This document shows, one piece after another, positions 18,066 to 27,560 of a stretch of DNA of 64,000 nt. Made by a program: the position numbers and the translations under genes. How positions within the stretch are numbered: the first letter of the stretch is position 1; the number at the start of each line of letters is the position of its first letter. Below the pieces are notes generated by a model. The model saw only the letters and a list, made by a program, of their open reading frames with translations, was not told where the DNA came from and searched no databases. This DNA comes from Candidatus Blackallbacteria bacterium (GTDB lineage: Bacteria; Cyanobacteriota; Sericytochromatia; UBA7694): the NCBI GenBank assembly GCA_051715345.1, contig JBPXJQ010000053.1, forward strand, positions 102,478 through 166,477. The letters are read 5' to 3'.

Positions 18066-20753
18066 TTAAACGCTTTTGTGTAGCACCTTGAGTCCTTCGC
18101 TGACAACGAGAATAGTGGCGTTGGCCGCCACAATCAACAGCAATTCGGCGCCGCTGAGCGCTGCTGTGCGAAAAAAGGGTTGAAACCACGGTACAAAGAC
18201 GACTACCGCCTGCAGGGCCAATGAGATCAGGATCATGGCCAAGAGGGTCGGGTTGTCAAAAATCCCTGTGCGAAAAATCGAATCTTCGCTGGAGCGAATA
18301 GCCAGAGCCTGAAAGACTTGGGCCACGGCCAAACTGGTAAAAAAGATGCTTTGCCAATGGCCTTCTGGACCACTTTGGAAAAAACTCATCGCTCCCAGGC
18401 CAAACGAAATCAGGCCAATTAAACAGCCCATCCAAACGACCTGAAAGCCAAATTTACCCCCCAAAATACCCTGATCAGGTGGCACAGGCTGGCGCATCAT
18501 CACGTTGCGTTCGGCTTTTTCCAAGCCAATTCCAAATCCGAGTAGACCATCGGTCAATAGATTCAGCCAAAGCATTTGAATCGGCAAGAGGGCCATTGGC
18601 ATTCCCAAGATTGGCGCCAAAAGCATCACCAGAATTTTGCCCAAATTGCCAGCAACTGAATATTTGATAAATTTACGCAGATTGTCGTAGATAATCCGGC
18701 CTTCTTCAACAGCCGCCACAATGGTGGCAAAATTATCGTCTTGCAAGACCATGTCCGCCGCCTCTTTTGAGACATCGGTACCTGTAATACCCATGGCCAC
18801 GCCAATATCTGCTTTCTTGAGGGCCGGCGCATCGTTCACGCCGTCTCCCGTCATGGCCACAACCCGGTTTTGGTTTTGCAGGGCCTGAACAATCCGCAAT
18901 TTATGTTCAGGTGAGACGCGGGCAAAGACCGAAGTCTCTTTCAGGGCCTCTCCCAATTCGGCATCTGACATTTTATGCAACGCCGAGCCTGTGAGTACCC
19001 GCTCGTTCTCGCAGATATTTAATTCTTGGGCGATGGCCAGGGCCGTTAGCGGGTGATCTCCGGTGATCATCATTGGGCGAATACCCGCACTTTGACAGGT
19101 TTTTACCGCCTCTTTGACTTCGGGCCGAGGTGGATCAATCATGCCCAGCAAGCCCATAAACACCAAATCTTGCTCGATCGGGCCGGGGGCAGGCAATTCT
19201 GCCCAGACCCGCAGTGCAAAGCCCAAAACACGCATGCCCTGTTTGGCCAGACTGGCGTTGTACTCTTGCCATTGCTGGCGTAGTTCTTGGCTCAGGGGCA
19301 CGATGCCTTCGGGTCCCAGGGTTTGATTTGAGATCTCCAAGAGACCGTCGGGGGCTCCTTTGGTAAAACTCAGATAAGCTGGACTGCCCAACTGTGCAGA
19401 TACAGCCTGACGCAATTCAGCAGGAAGCTCTGCCATTTGTTCTGTCGGCCACGGATGCAAGGTGGTCATGCGTTTACGCTCGGAGTCAAAGGGCCATTCT
19501 TTTTCGCGGGGCAAAGCGATTTGCAGTGCTGATTTGTCCAAGCCCCAGCGCTGGGCTGCAACCAAGAGAGCTGTTTCGGTGGGATCGCCAAGGGCCTGAG
19601 TTTGACCGTCTTTGATTTGAAGTTCCCCATCATTGCAGAGCAGAGCACAGGTCATTAAGAGGGTGCTCCTATCACTGAGGGGGGCGGGACTGTCTTTTGC
19701 CAGTGCCAAAAGCCCGTCGGACAGGGCCAATCTCTGCACGGTCATGCGATTTTGTGTCAGGGTGCCGGTTTTGTCCGAGCAGATCACGCTGACCGAGCCC
19801 AGGGTTTCAATCCCTGTCAGCTTGCGCACCAGGGCATTGCGTTGCAACATGCGTTGAGAGCCAAAGGCCAGGGTAATGGTCAAAACTGCAGGCAGACCTT
19901 CGGGAACTGCCGCCACAGCCACACTGACCGCGCTTAATAACATGTGTTTCCACTCTTCGCCCTGTAAAATACCCAGCAGGAAAATCACAGCAGAGATCAC
20001 AATCGCCAAAATGGCCAGGGTTTTGCCGACCTGATCTAATTTTTTTTGCAAAGGGGTGGGTTCTGATTCAACGCTGTCGATCATGCGGGCGATTTGGCCC
20101 AATTGGGTTTGCATGCCGGTGGCCATAATCAAGCCCAAACCACGTCCATAGGTAATTTGGGTGCCCATGTAACCCATGTTGGTATGGTCTCCCAGAGCCA
20201 GATTCTCGCCGCTGAGAGCGTCACTCTGTTTCTCAACCGGATCCGATTCCCCGGTTAAAGCCGCCTCTTGGATTTTGAGATTGGCCACTTCAATCAAGCG
20301 ACAGTCGGCGGGCAGGATATTGCCGGTTTCCAGAAAAATCAGATCGCCGGGCACCAATTCGGTTGCTGAGAGTTCAAGTCGTTGTCCATTGCGCTTGGCG
20401 TGAACATGTGGCACAGCCATTTGTTTGAGTGCAGCAATCGCTTTCTCTGCGCGGTATTCCTGAACCAATCCCAGGATTGAAAAAAAGACGACAATCGCCA
20501 AAATCACGATCGCGTCGCTGTAGTCCCCCAAAAAAGCTGAAAGGCCAGCTGCGGCCAAAAGAATCAACACCATAATGGAGGTCAACTGTTCCCATAAAAT
20601 CAGCCAGGGACTTTTAATTGGCTTGGCAGTGAGTTCATTGGGGCCGAATGTTTGTAAACGTTGGGCGGCTTCATCGTTGCTTAATCCATTTTCGATGGAG
20701 CTTGATTGGGTCTTTAATGCTTCAGAAATACTCAATTGGTAAGGTTCAGACAT
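18066..20753 (-). CDS. P-type cation-transporting ATPase, type IIA (Ca2+-ATPase-like)
   Basis: Motifs DKTGTLTQN (phosphorylation site), [29 protein letters not shown], and N-terminal cation-ATPase domain. Start at MSEPYQL (20753) preferred over 20819 because of GGAGG upstream. Confidence 0.85.
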   Translation of the reverse strand: MSEPYQLSISEALKTQSSSIENGLSNDEAAQRLQTFGPNELTAKPIKSPWLILWEQLTSIMVLILLAAAGLSAFLGDYSDAIVILAIVVFFSILGLVQEYRAEKAIAALKQMAVPHVHAKRNGQRLELSATELVPGDLIFLETGNILPADCRLIEVANLKIQEAALTGESDPVEKQSDALSGENLALGDHTNMGYMGTQITYGRGLGLIMATGMQTQLGQIARMIDSVESEPTPLQKKLDQVGKTLAILAIVISAVIFLLGILQGEEWKHMLLSAVSVAVAAVPEGLPAVLTITLAFGSQRMLQRNALVRKLTGIETLGSVSVICSDKTGTLTQNRMTVQRLALSDGLLALAKDSPAPLSDRSTLLMTCALLCNDGELQIKDGQTQALGDPTETALLVAAQRWGLDKSALQIALPREKEWPFDSERKRMTTLHPWPTEQMAELPAELRQAVSAQLGSPAYLSFTKGAPDGLLEISNQTLGPEGIVPLSQELRQQWQEYNASLAKQGMRVLGFALRVWAELPAPGPIEQDLVFMGLLGMIDPPRPEVKEAVKTCQSAGIRPMMITGDHPLTALAIAQELNICENERVLTGSALHKMSDAELGEALKETSVFARVSPEHKLRIVQALQNQNRVVAMTGDGVNDAPALKKADIGVAMGITGTDVSKEAADMVLQDDNFATIVAAVEEGRIIYDNLRKFIKYSVAGNLGKILVMLLAPILGMPMALLPIQMLWLNLLTDGLLGFGIGLEKAERNVMMRQPVPPDQGILGGKFGFQVVWMGCLIGLISFGLGAMSFFQSGPEGHWQSIFFTSLAVAQVFQALAIRSSEDSIFRTGIFDNPTLLAMILISLALQAVVVFVPWFQPFFRTAALSGAELLLIVAANATILVVSEGLKVLHKSV

Positions 20754-20934
20754 GGCTTGTGCACCTCCAGGTGACTCTCCTCCAAGTCTAAGGGGGCTTG
20801 GGGGATAAGGCAAGGGCAATGCGTTGATTGTGCTCTCTGGAAACCCATTTTATTCGTCACCTACTTATAATTCGGGATAAAATGCTTGTTGTCTTTTGAT
20901 TCGTGACTCAATTTAAATTACAAAGGATTTAATC

Positions 20935-21912
20935 ATGAAAAATAGTTATAAAATGCTTTTTGCAACCCTTTCAGCTTCTGTGCTGATGATGGCTGGTTGT
21001 GATCGCTTGCCCAATAACCCTGCACAAGGAAGCGCTCCCGCTCCCAGTGTGGCTCCTTCTGCTGAAGTCAGTGCCGCTCCAAGCGCTGCCCCCTCTGTTG
21101 CTCCGACGGCAGTCCCAACTGCTGAACCCAGTATTGCTCCAAGCGTGGCTCCTTCTGCGAGTCCTTCTCCTGTCAGTTTTCACCGTGTTCATGCTTTAAC
21201 CAGCAACAATCGCCTGGTGAGTTTTAACAGTGATGCACCCACGGTTGTAACGGCTTCAACCGCTGTGACGGGTTTGGCCAGCGATGAAAATTTGGTTGGC
21301 ATTGATTTCCGCTCCAGCAATAAAATGCTCTATGCGCTGTCCAATCAAAGCAAAATCTATACGATCAATCTGGCTACAGGCGCATTGACACAGGTCGGCA
21401 CTGCCGCTTTTACACCTGCGATTACAGGCAGTCATTTTGGTATCGACTTTAACCCCACCGTAGATCGCATTCGCCTTCATGCCGACAAAGGCCAAGATCT
21501 GCGTCTCCATCCCGATACGGGCGCGGTGGCTGCAACCGATGCCACGCTGGCCTTTACAGAAGGGGATGCCAATTTTGGCGCAGTCCCGGCAGTGGCGGGT
21601 ACTGCTTATACCAACCCTGTCGCCAATGCCACTTCCACCCAGCTTTTTGCTATTGATGCTGAACGGGACGTCTTGGTCAAATTGGCCAATCCCAACGATG
21701 GCAAATTGTCCACAGTGGGCTCACTCAATGCCAGCACCAGCAACGAAGTGGGTTTTGATATCACGGCTGACGGCACGGCTTATGCCGTACTCAAAGATGG
21801 CGCCGGCTCTAGCTTTTATAAAGTTGATCTGAATGATGGTCGGGCGACCCGTGTCAGTGCTGTGGGCGCTGGCGATTTGAGCTTGATTGGCCTGGCTGCA
21901 GAACTAAACTAG
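20935..21912 (+). CDS. Lipoprotein with DUF4394-like domain and Ala/Pro/Ser-rich repeat linker
   Basis: Signal peptide plus lipobox (LMMAGC). Tandem (A/V)APS(V/A) repeats at aa 30-80. Body has LVGIDFR...LYALS repeats typical of DUF4394. Confidence 0.6.
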   Translation: MKNSYKMLFATLSASVLMMAGCDRLPNNPAQGSAPAPSVAPSAEVSAAPSAAPSVAPTAVPTAEPSIAPSVAPSASPSPVSFHRVHALTSNNRLVSFNSDAPTVVTASTAVTGLASDENLVGIDFRSSNKMLYALSNQSKIYTINLATGALTQVGTAAFTPAITGSHFGIDFNPTVDRIRLHADKGQDLRLHPDTGAVAATDATLAFTEGDANFGAVPAVAGTAYTNPVANATSTQLFAIDAERDVLVKLANPNDGKLSTVGSLNASTSNEVGFDITADGTAYAVLKDGAGSSFYKVDLNDGRATRVSAVGAGDLSLIGLAAELN

Positions 21913-21935
21913 AGCAATTCAATTGAGGGCAAAAT

Positions 21936-21961
21936 CAACCTGACTGGCGCAGGTTATTTTG
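21936..21961 (+). terminator. Putative rho-independent terminator downstream of DUF4394 gene
   Basis: AACCTG-ACTGGCG-CAGGTT hairpin (6-bp stem) followed by ATTTTG, 24 nt after the stop codon. Confidence 0.4.
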
Positions 21962-22072
21962 CTGGGAGACGAATGCTCGGAGATGCAAAGCCCGGAGACG
22001 AAAGCCCGGGAGAAAGTGGGCTGTGATAAACAGCTTTACTTGCTTCCGGGCTTTTTTGCGACTTCGTTGTGT

Positions 22073-22660
22073 TTAGTCTTCGTCTTCGTCGTGGTTGTAA
22101 AGATCACTGTCTTCAAAATCTTCGTCTTCGCCGTAAGGGCTGTCGTCGATCTGAAGATCTTGGGCTTGAAAACCCGTGTAGGGACGGTCTGAATAGCTGT
22201 CGTGGATTTCCATCACGCGCTGTTCAATCCGCTCTTGGGGTTCGTGACGGTGCCCGACCACGCGAAACATACAGGAGGGTTGGGGCAATTCGTCGAGGCG
22301 CTCGGGGTTGCGCGAGGAAGAGTTATACCAATTGCGGTAATAAATGGCCGCCTTCTGGCGGGGAAAGTCGGTGAGGCAAAAACCGCCCAGTTCATAAACC
22401 ATTTCGAAAACCTCTTCGTCGAGGCCGGTGTCGAGCTCCTGAGACAGCAAGATATCTCCCTCGTAAATTTCGCGGCCCTCGCGATCATAAAAACCCGAAA
22501 ACTGCATGACATCCAGATCGTGTAATTGAGTCAATTGATCCAGGCTGATGGTTTCCCCCGGAATTGAATAACTGTAATCGCTGTTGAGGATCCATTCGTC
22601 GAGCATCTGGCGGATTTCACGGTCCCAGGCCCGAAATTTGAGTTGACGTGTTTGCTTCAT
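22073..22660 (-). CDS. YopX-family (phage-type) protein with extremely acidic C-terminal tail
   Basis: N-terminus MKQTRQLKFRAWDREIRQM... with GREIYEGDIL matches the YopX family start (M-x-x-KFRAWD...) seen in phage genomes. Last 40 aa are D/E-rich (DEDFEDSDLYNHDEDED). Confidence 0.55.
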   Translation of the reverse strand: MKQTRQLKFRAWDREIRQMLDEWILNSDYSYSIPGETISLDQLTQLHDLDVMQFSGFYDREGREIYEGDILLSQELDTGLDEEVFEMVYELGGFCLTDFPRQKAAIYYRNWYNSSSRNPERLDELPQPSCMFRVVGHRHEPQERIEQRVMEIHDSYSDRPYTGFQAQDLQIDDSPYGEDEDFEDSDLYNHDEDED

Positions 22661-22717
22661 TTTCTTTTCCTTGTGCGTTGAAGGCGCTTTCTGCAGCCAT
22701 CTCCTGTCTGGAGGTGT

Positions 22718-23320
22718 TTATCTATAATAAAGCAAGATCAGTGCCACTGGCAGGATCATGCCTGCCACAGTCCAGATTCCTGCTTCCCCCCAAATCCCTT
22801 TTTTGCCTTTTTTCATCACGAGACCTGTCATGGCCAGCAGAAGTAGGCCAATCGCGTAACTATCGGCATACAAGGTCCAGGCTTTTTTGGGCTCATTCAA
22901 GTGCAGGGCATTAAACAGGTGCAAGACTGGGCGGCGTCGGATTTGCTCGCGTTCGGCCTTCCAGGTTTCGGTTGAAATGGTGATGGTATCGTTGTCTGAG
23001 AGCAAAATTTCAATACTGTGGGGGTCTGGGTAAAAGACATTTTGAGGGTTGAAGGCCTGTTTAACTGCCAGTTTTTGGTAAATGATGCGGGCTTCTGCAG
23101 CACTCAAATTTTCTTTGTCTTGGAGTGGAGCCAATTGAACCTGTTTTTTTTCGCTTATATAATTGGGATTCCACTGATCAATATGGTTCACAGCCAAACC
23201 CGAAAGAGCATAGACCACAGTGATACCCAAGAAAAAATAACCCAGATAGCGGTGCAATAATATGCTGTAAAAGCGCCAGGGCCGGGCTTTTTTGGTCGGT
23301 TTTTCGGGAGAGAGGGTCAC
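22718..23320 (-). CDS. PepSY-associated transmembrane helix protein
   Basis: WRFYSILLHRYLGYFFLGITVVYALSGL, a second TM mid-protein and a C-terminal TM. Architecture is typical of PepSY_TM (PiuB-like) proteins. Confidence 0.55.
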   Translation of the reverse strand: MTLSPEKPTKKARPWRFYSILLHRYLGYFFLGITVVYALSGLAVNHIDQWNPNYISEKKQVQLAPLQDKENLSAAEARIIYQKLAVKQAFNPQNVFYPDPHSIEILLSDNDTITISTETWKAEREQIRRRPVLHLFNALHLNEPKKAWTLYADSYAIGLLLLAMTGLVMKKGKKGIWGEAGIWTVAGMILPVALILLYYR

Positions 23321-23323
23321 GTT

Positions 23324-23788
23324 TTAGTGCACCACAACCCCACTGGGCTGAAAGACATAGCTGATACGCGGGCCTTTGACTGAGGCCGGGTCAAAGGGTT
23401 TTCCCTCTTTTTTGGCCCGTGCCTTTTCAATTTCGATCACGTCTTTGACGGGCATGATTTTTTTGACCAATTTGCCCTGGACCACAATATGTTTGCCGCG
23501 GGCAGACATTGGAAAGACCATTTCCCCGTCATTGACTTTGAGAATCAGGCTTTGTTTTTTTCGGTCGCTCTGAATTTTCATCCAGCAGCCGCGCGTAGGG
23601 CAGACATCGGTGGCGATGCCTTCAACCCGAATCTCTTTACCGAGGTATTGTTCGGGGTGATCCAAAAGGGCTGAAATTTTGATCACGTTTTGTAAATGGG
23701 GGGCTTTGCCAAACAGGGTTTCTGCTCCTGCGGGCTGAGACAAACCCAACAGGGTTAAGAGGGTGAGTGTGGCAGCTAAAGACTTCAT
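23324..23788 (-). CDS. Secreted DUF4920-like protein
   Basis: Classic Sec signal peptide MKSLAATLTLLTLLGLSQPAGA. Conserved GxxxxVCxxxGCWM motif (GIATDVCPTRGCWMKI) followed by a lysine-rich C-terminal half, as in DUF4920. 3 nt from upstream PepSY_TM gene. Confidence 0.55.
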   Translation of the reverse strand: MKSLAATLTLLTLLGLSQPAGAETLFGKAPHLQNVIKISALLDHPEQYLGKEIRVEGIATDVCPTRGCWMKIQSDRKKQSLILKVNDGEMVFPMSARGKHIVVQGKLVKKIMPVKDVIEIEKARAKKEGKPFDPASVKGPRISYVFQPSGVVVH

Positions 23789-23929
23789 AGACAGGGCTCC
23801 TTGGGCAATCATTTGCTCTCAGTGTAACAGCGCGATTCGGCGAAAAGAAGTAATTACAGACGTACTCCATTTGGGATACTGGCTTTTTTAAAATTAATAA
23901 GATAGGGTTTGAACGTAATAAAATCTGTT

Positions 23930-24889
23930 TTATTTAAGAACGTTGCGGTATACGCGTAAGACATTCCCAAAACAGATTTTATATAAATTTTCTTCGCTAT
24001 AACCCAGTCCGCGCAGACGTTCGACCAGATCAGGAAAGCGATCCACCGTTTCAAGGCCCCGAGGTACCTGTTCAATGCCGTCGTAATCAGATCCAAAGGC
24101 GACATGATCGGGGCCCATCTGTTCGCAGAGGTAATCGACGTGGCGCACGGCATCATCAATACTGGCCAAGTTTGCATCGTTATTGAGAAAGGAGGGGGCA
24201 AAACAGAGGCCAACAAAGCCGTCTTTGGCTTTGATCGCTTTGAGCTGTTCGTCGTTCATATTGCGCCGGTGGTTGCAGAGGGTTTCGGCGTTGGCATGGG
24301 AGACTACCACAGGATCTTGTGAGAGTTCCAAGGCTTCCCAAAAGCCTGCTTCGTTGATATGGGCCAGATCCACAACCATTCCCAATTCATTCATGCGCTG
24401 CACCACTTCGCGGCCAAAGGGTGTCAGACCATAATTTGAGCCCACACCCAGCCCATCTCCCAACTCGTTGCGGTGGTTCCAGGTCAAACCAATGGCGCGC
24501 AGACCCTGGCGGTAAAAGACCTCCAGCATTTTGAGATCTCCACAGAGCGGAGAAGCGCCTTCCATTGAAAAGAGGCCAAAGAGTTTATCTGGATTTTGCT
24601 CTGCTGCTGTCAAATCGGCTTTTGACTCGATCAGGGCAAAGAGCTCTGGGTGTTTGCGGATGTCTTCACGAAAGACCTGCATCATCTGCAAACTGCGTAC
24701 CGCACCGTAATGTCCTGCTTCGTAGGGCATGGTGAAAATCGAGAAGATTTGCAGGCGCAGATTGGCGGCACGCATGCGGGGGTAATCTGACTGGTGTTTG
24801 GGCTGGGGCAAATAGAGACTCATTTGATCGTCTTCGAGCAGCAGCAGGCGTGAAAGGGTGTCGGCGTGGCTATCAGCGATGGGCAGCAT
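23930..24889 (-). CDS. Membrane dipeptidase, peptidase family M19 (renal dipeptidase-like)
   Basis: N-terminal PIADSHADT (metal-binding His-x-Asp), HRNELGDG, VVDLAHINE and HVAFGSDYDG motifs. Start set at internal Met (24889) giving about 320 aa, typical for M19. Confidence 0.8.
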   Translation of the reverse strand: MLPIADSHADTLSRLLLLEDDQMSLYLPQPKHQSDYPRMRAANLRLQIFSIFTMPYEAGHYGAVRSLQMMQVFREDIRKHPELFALIESKADLTAAEQNPDKLFGLFSMEGASPLCGDLKMLEVFYRQGLRAIGLTWNHRNELGDGLGVGSNYGLTPFGREVVQRMNELGMVVDLAHINEAGFWEALELSQDPVVVSHANAETLCNHRRNMNDEQLKAIKAKDGFVGLCFAPSFLNNDANLASIDDAVRHVDYLCEQMGPDHVAFGSDYDGIEQVPRGLETVDRFPDLVERLRGLGYSEENLYKICFGNVLRVYRNVLK

Positions 24890-24890
24890 T

Positions 24891-25553
24891 TTAATTTCCT
24901 CGTCGGGGTCTTTTTCTAGGGATATTTTTTTTAGCAATGGGTTTGGTGCTTTTGCCTGCATTGAGCTTTCGTTCGATGCTCTGCACCATATTGGCAAATT
25001 CAAATTGCTGAACCCGATCAAAATAGCTGCGCCGGGTCAGTTTTTTACGGGCAGAGTCAAAGAGCGCCCTGGCTTTGGTTCGGTTGCCTTGGGCCAGCCA
25101 GTATTCACATTCGCGCAAATCAATAATACCCAAAACAGGCGTGGCCTCTTGAAAGTCTGGGAAAGCGCCATTGCGCACTTTTTGATGGCGAATCCAGACC
25201 GTGCGGGCCTCGTCAAATTTGTTTTTGACCAGGGCCTTTTCGGCCCTTTCGAGATAAACCTGAATATACCACTTTAAGATAGCTGATTTGCCATCGGGTT
25301 TGAGGCGATCAAAGAGATCGTCTGCTGCATCCAAGGTAAAGCGGCGATTAAGCGTGAGCGCATCCAAGAGGCTTTCAAGCTTGGCGGTGGTGATATCGCC
25401 TTCTTTATTGAGCAAGTCGCTTAAGAGACGTACGGCTTCTTTGGGTTGGCCTCTGCCAATGGCGTCATTGACTTTCCGGGGGGTGGGGGTACAGGCCAAG
25501 AGTCCCAGCGACAAGGCCATGACAATAGGCAAAAGCGGGCGAAGAAGTATCAT
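24891..25553 (-). CDS. Hypothetical lipoprotein
   Basis: Signal peptide with lipobox (LGLLAC) at internal Met, so start chosen at 25553. No other motif. Confidence 0.45.
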   Translation of the reverse strand: MILLRPLLPIVMALSLGLLACTPTPRKVNDAIGRGQPKEAVRLLSDLLNKEGDITTAKLESLLDALTLNRRFTLDAADDLFDRLKPDGKSAILKWYIQVYLERAEKALVKNKFDEARTVWIRHQKVRNGAFPDFQEATPVLGIIDLRECEYWLAQGNRTKARALFDSARKKLTRRSYFDRVQQFEFANMVQSIERKLNAGKSTKPIAKKNIPRKRPRRGN

Positions 25554-25650
25554 GATTTGCTTTCTCTGGGCATTTGCCTTCAGTGTACCAAAAAACAAAG
25601 CGGCCCTTCTCATTTGAGAAGGGCCGACCTTGCGGAAATTCAGTTATCGC

Positions 25651-27036
25651 TTAACGACGAACTGCACCAGGGGCAGTGCTGACTGCTTTGAAGACGTTGA
25701 TACGGCCATGACCATGATAGAGGTCAAAACCAGGAGTACCTGTGTCATCAGCAGTGGCTTCGATATGGGCTTTCACCTGAGCTTGGGTCAGCTGCGGGTA
25801 TTTGCTGCGAACCAAAGAGGCCAGACCAGCAACAGCGGGGGTAGCCATAGAGGTTCCGCTGATGGAGCCATAGTTGACGCCAGGCATATCGGTCGGATAA
25901 GTCGGGAAGGTGGCCAGAATGTTTACGCCAGGAGCGGAAACAGACAGGTGTTTACCAAACTGGGAGAAACGGGCAATTTTATCAGCGCTGTCGGTAGCAC
26001 CGACGGCCATAACGCCAGCCACACCAGCGGGGTAAGAGATGCTGCTATTGCCATCGTTACCAGAGGCAGCAATCAACATGGCATCTTTGGCCAATGCATG
26101 TTTGACAGCGTCGGTGATGACTGCAGAGTTGCTGGGGCCGCCCAGGCTCATGCTGATGACTTTAGCGCCATGATCAGCAGCCCAGATAATACCGTTGGCA
26201 ACGCTCTCGTAAGAACCGTATCCTTCTTTGCTCAGAACCTGAACGGGCAGGATCTTCACGTTGGGAGCAACACCGGCGACACCTGCACCATTATTGGTAA
26301 TCGCAGCAGCGATACCTGCGCAGTGGGTGCCGTGGCCATTGCCATCTTCTACGTTGGGATTGTCATCAACGGTGTTGTAGCCGGGCAGCATTTTTGCAGC
26401 CAAGTCAGGGTGTTTCATATCCACACCGGTATCTACAATCGCGAGGATGAAATCTTTATTGCCTTGCTCAACTTCCCAACCTTTTTGAGATTGCATACGC
26501 TGATGGGCGTACTGTTTCTCAAACATGGGGTCGTTGGGGAATGACTGGGGAGCAGTGTCACGGGGAGCGGGCTCAGTGGCTTTAGGCAGGTTCAGTTTGA
26601 CGATCACGTTGGGCTCTGCATAGAGAACAGCGGGATTGCTGCGCAGGCTGGCCAGGGTCTGTTGGTCAGCACCAGCATTGGCGGCACGCAGGCCAGAAGC
26701 AGAACGAACCAGGCTGATGCCCAGAGCAGGATTGCCAATGGGTTCAGCTTGCATATTCATGGAACGCAGGCCACCTTGGCTCAATGCTGCGGCAGCAGAA
26801 GCACCTGGCTTCATGCGCACGATGAATTCACCGGGCATAGCAGTCAGACCGCGCTGGGCAGCCGCTTTTAATTCAGCGCCACGAGCAGTTGTATTACGAG
26901 CAGCGCTGTTGGCACCTACCAGAGCGGGGTTTTGGTTAAACGCACCGGGTTGGAGCATGGGGCCGGTTTGGCATGCAACCAGAGTGGCTGCCAAAGAAGT
27001 GAGCGCTACGGCTGAGAACAAGCGAGTCTTATTCAT
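25651..27036 (-). CDS. S8 family serine peptidase (subtilase), lipoprotein
   Basis: Catalytic triad motifs AIVDTGVD (Asp), HGTHCAGIAAA (His) and GTSMATPAVAG (Ser). Signal peptide plus lipobox LVAC. Propeptide-like N-terminal region. Confidence 0.9.
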   Translation of the reverse strand: MNKTRLFSAVALTSLAATLVACQTGPMLQPGAFNQNPALVGANSAARNTTARGAELKAAAQRGLTAMPGEFIVRMKPGASAAAALSQGGLRSMNMQAEPIGNPALGISLVRSASGLRAANAGADQQTLASLRSNPAVLYAEPNVIVKLNLPKATEPAPRDTAPQSFPNDPMFEKQYAHQRMQSQKGWEVEQGNKDFILAIVDTGVDMKHPDLAAKMLPGYNTVDDNPNVEDGNGHGTHCAGIAAAITNNGAGVAGVAPNVKILPVQVLSKEGYGSYESVANGIIWAADHGAKVISMSLGGPSNSAVITDAVKHALAKDAMLIAASGNDGNSSISYPAGVAGVMAVGATDSADKIARFSQFGKHLSVSAPGVNILATFPTYPTDMPGVNYGSISGTSMATPAVAGLASLVRSKYPQLTQAQVKAHIEATADDTGTPGFDLYHGHGRINVFKAVSTAPGAVRR

Positions 27037-27255
27037 CTGGATAACTGAGTCTCCTTAGTTGTTGTATGGTCTTAACATTTTCGACTAATTAGATAGTGCA
27101 ATGAACTAAAGTGTACAGAAGTCTGTGAGAAGTTAATACCTTATTTATGGTTATTATATGATTAAAAATATATTAAGTCAACCCCTGAGGAACTTGTTTT
27201 TGATCCAAGGGGCGAATTATTTAAAAGATCTTTTGATCTTCTCAATCATATAAAG

Positions 27256-27339
27256 TGCTGAGGGCGGGACTTGAACCCGCACGGGGATGAACCCGGGGGA
27301 TTTTAAGTCCCCTGCGTCTGCCGATTTCGCCACCCCAGC
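27256..27339 (-). tRNA. tRNA-Leu (anticodon UAA), long variable arm, CCA not encoded
   Basis: Reverse complement folds as a class II tRNA. Anticodon loop CUUAAAA, T-arm GGTTCAAGTCC. Near-identical in outline to E. coli leuZ. Confidence 0.85.
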
Positions 27340-27371
27340 AAGGGGGATTACAGAAAAGGGGATAAGAAAAG

Positions 27372-27445
27372 CGGACCGGACGGGACTCGAACCCGCAACT
27401 TCCTGCGTGACAGGCAGGTGCTCTAACCGATTGAACTACCGGTCC
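27372..27445 (-). tRNA. tRNA-Asp (anticodon GUC), CCA not encoded
   Basis: Reverse complement GGACCGGTAGTTCAATCGGTTAGAGCACCTGCCTGTCACGCAGG...GGTTCGAGTCCCGTCCGGTCCG. Anticodon loop CUGUCAC. Confidence 0.85.
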
Positions 27446-27560
27446 ATTTAATCCAGACGAATCATTTGGACGAAATTTAGTATAACTGAGTTGGGGGGCA
27501 GGCACAAGGGAATGAAAGAAAAATTCAAAGGCTTTTTTGTCTGTCTGGATTTTCTAAGTT

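Noticed and set aside
22000-22072. GCCCGG / CCGGGC-TTTTTT element as a terminator for the YopX or DUF4394 genes
   Set aside because: Complementary arms are separated by about 35-45 nt and the T-run is on the wrong side for the minus-strand gene. The upstream AACCTG...CAGGTT hairpin is a better terminator candidate.
25630-26544. 304-aa plus-strand ORF
   Set aside because: Antisense to the S8 subtilase gene. Product is Gly/Ala/Val-rich with no motif.
27225-27240. AAGATC-N4-GATCTT palindrome downstream of tRNA-Leu as a terminator
   Set aside because: 6-bp all-A/T-rich stem with no following U-tract on the transcribed strand. Too weak to call.
27242-27505. 87-aa minus-strand ORF
   Set aside because: Lies entirely across the tRNA-Leu and tRNA-Asp genes, so it is a translation artefact of structured RNA sequence.
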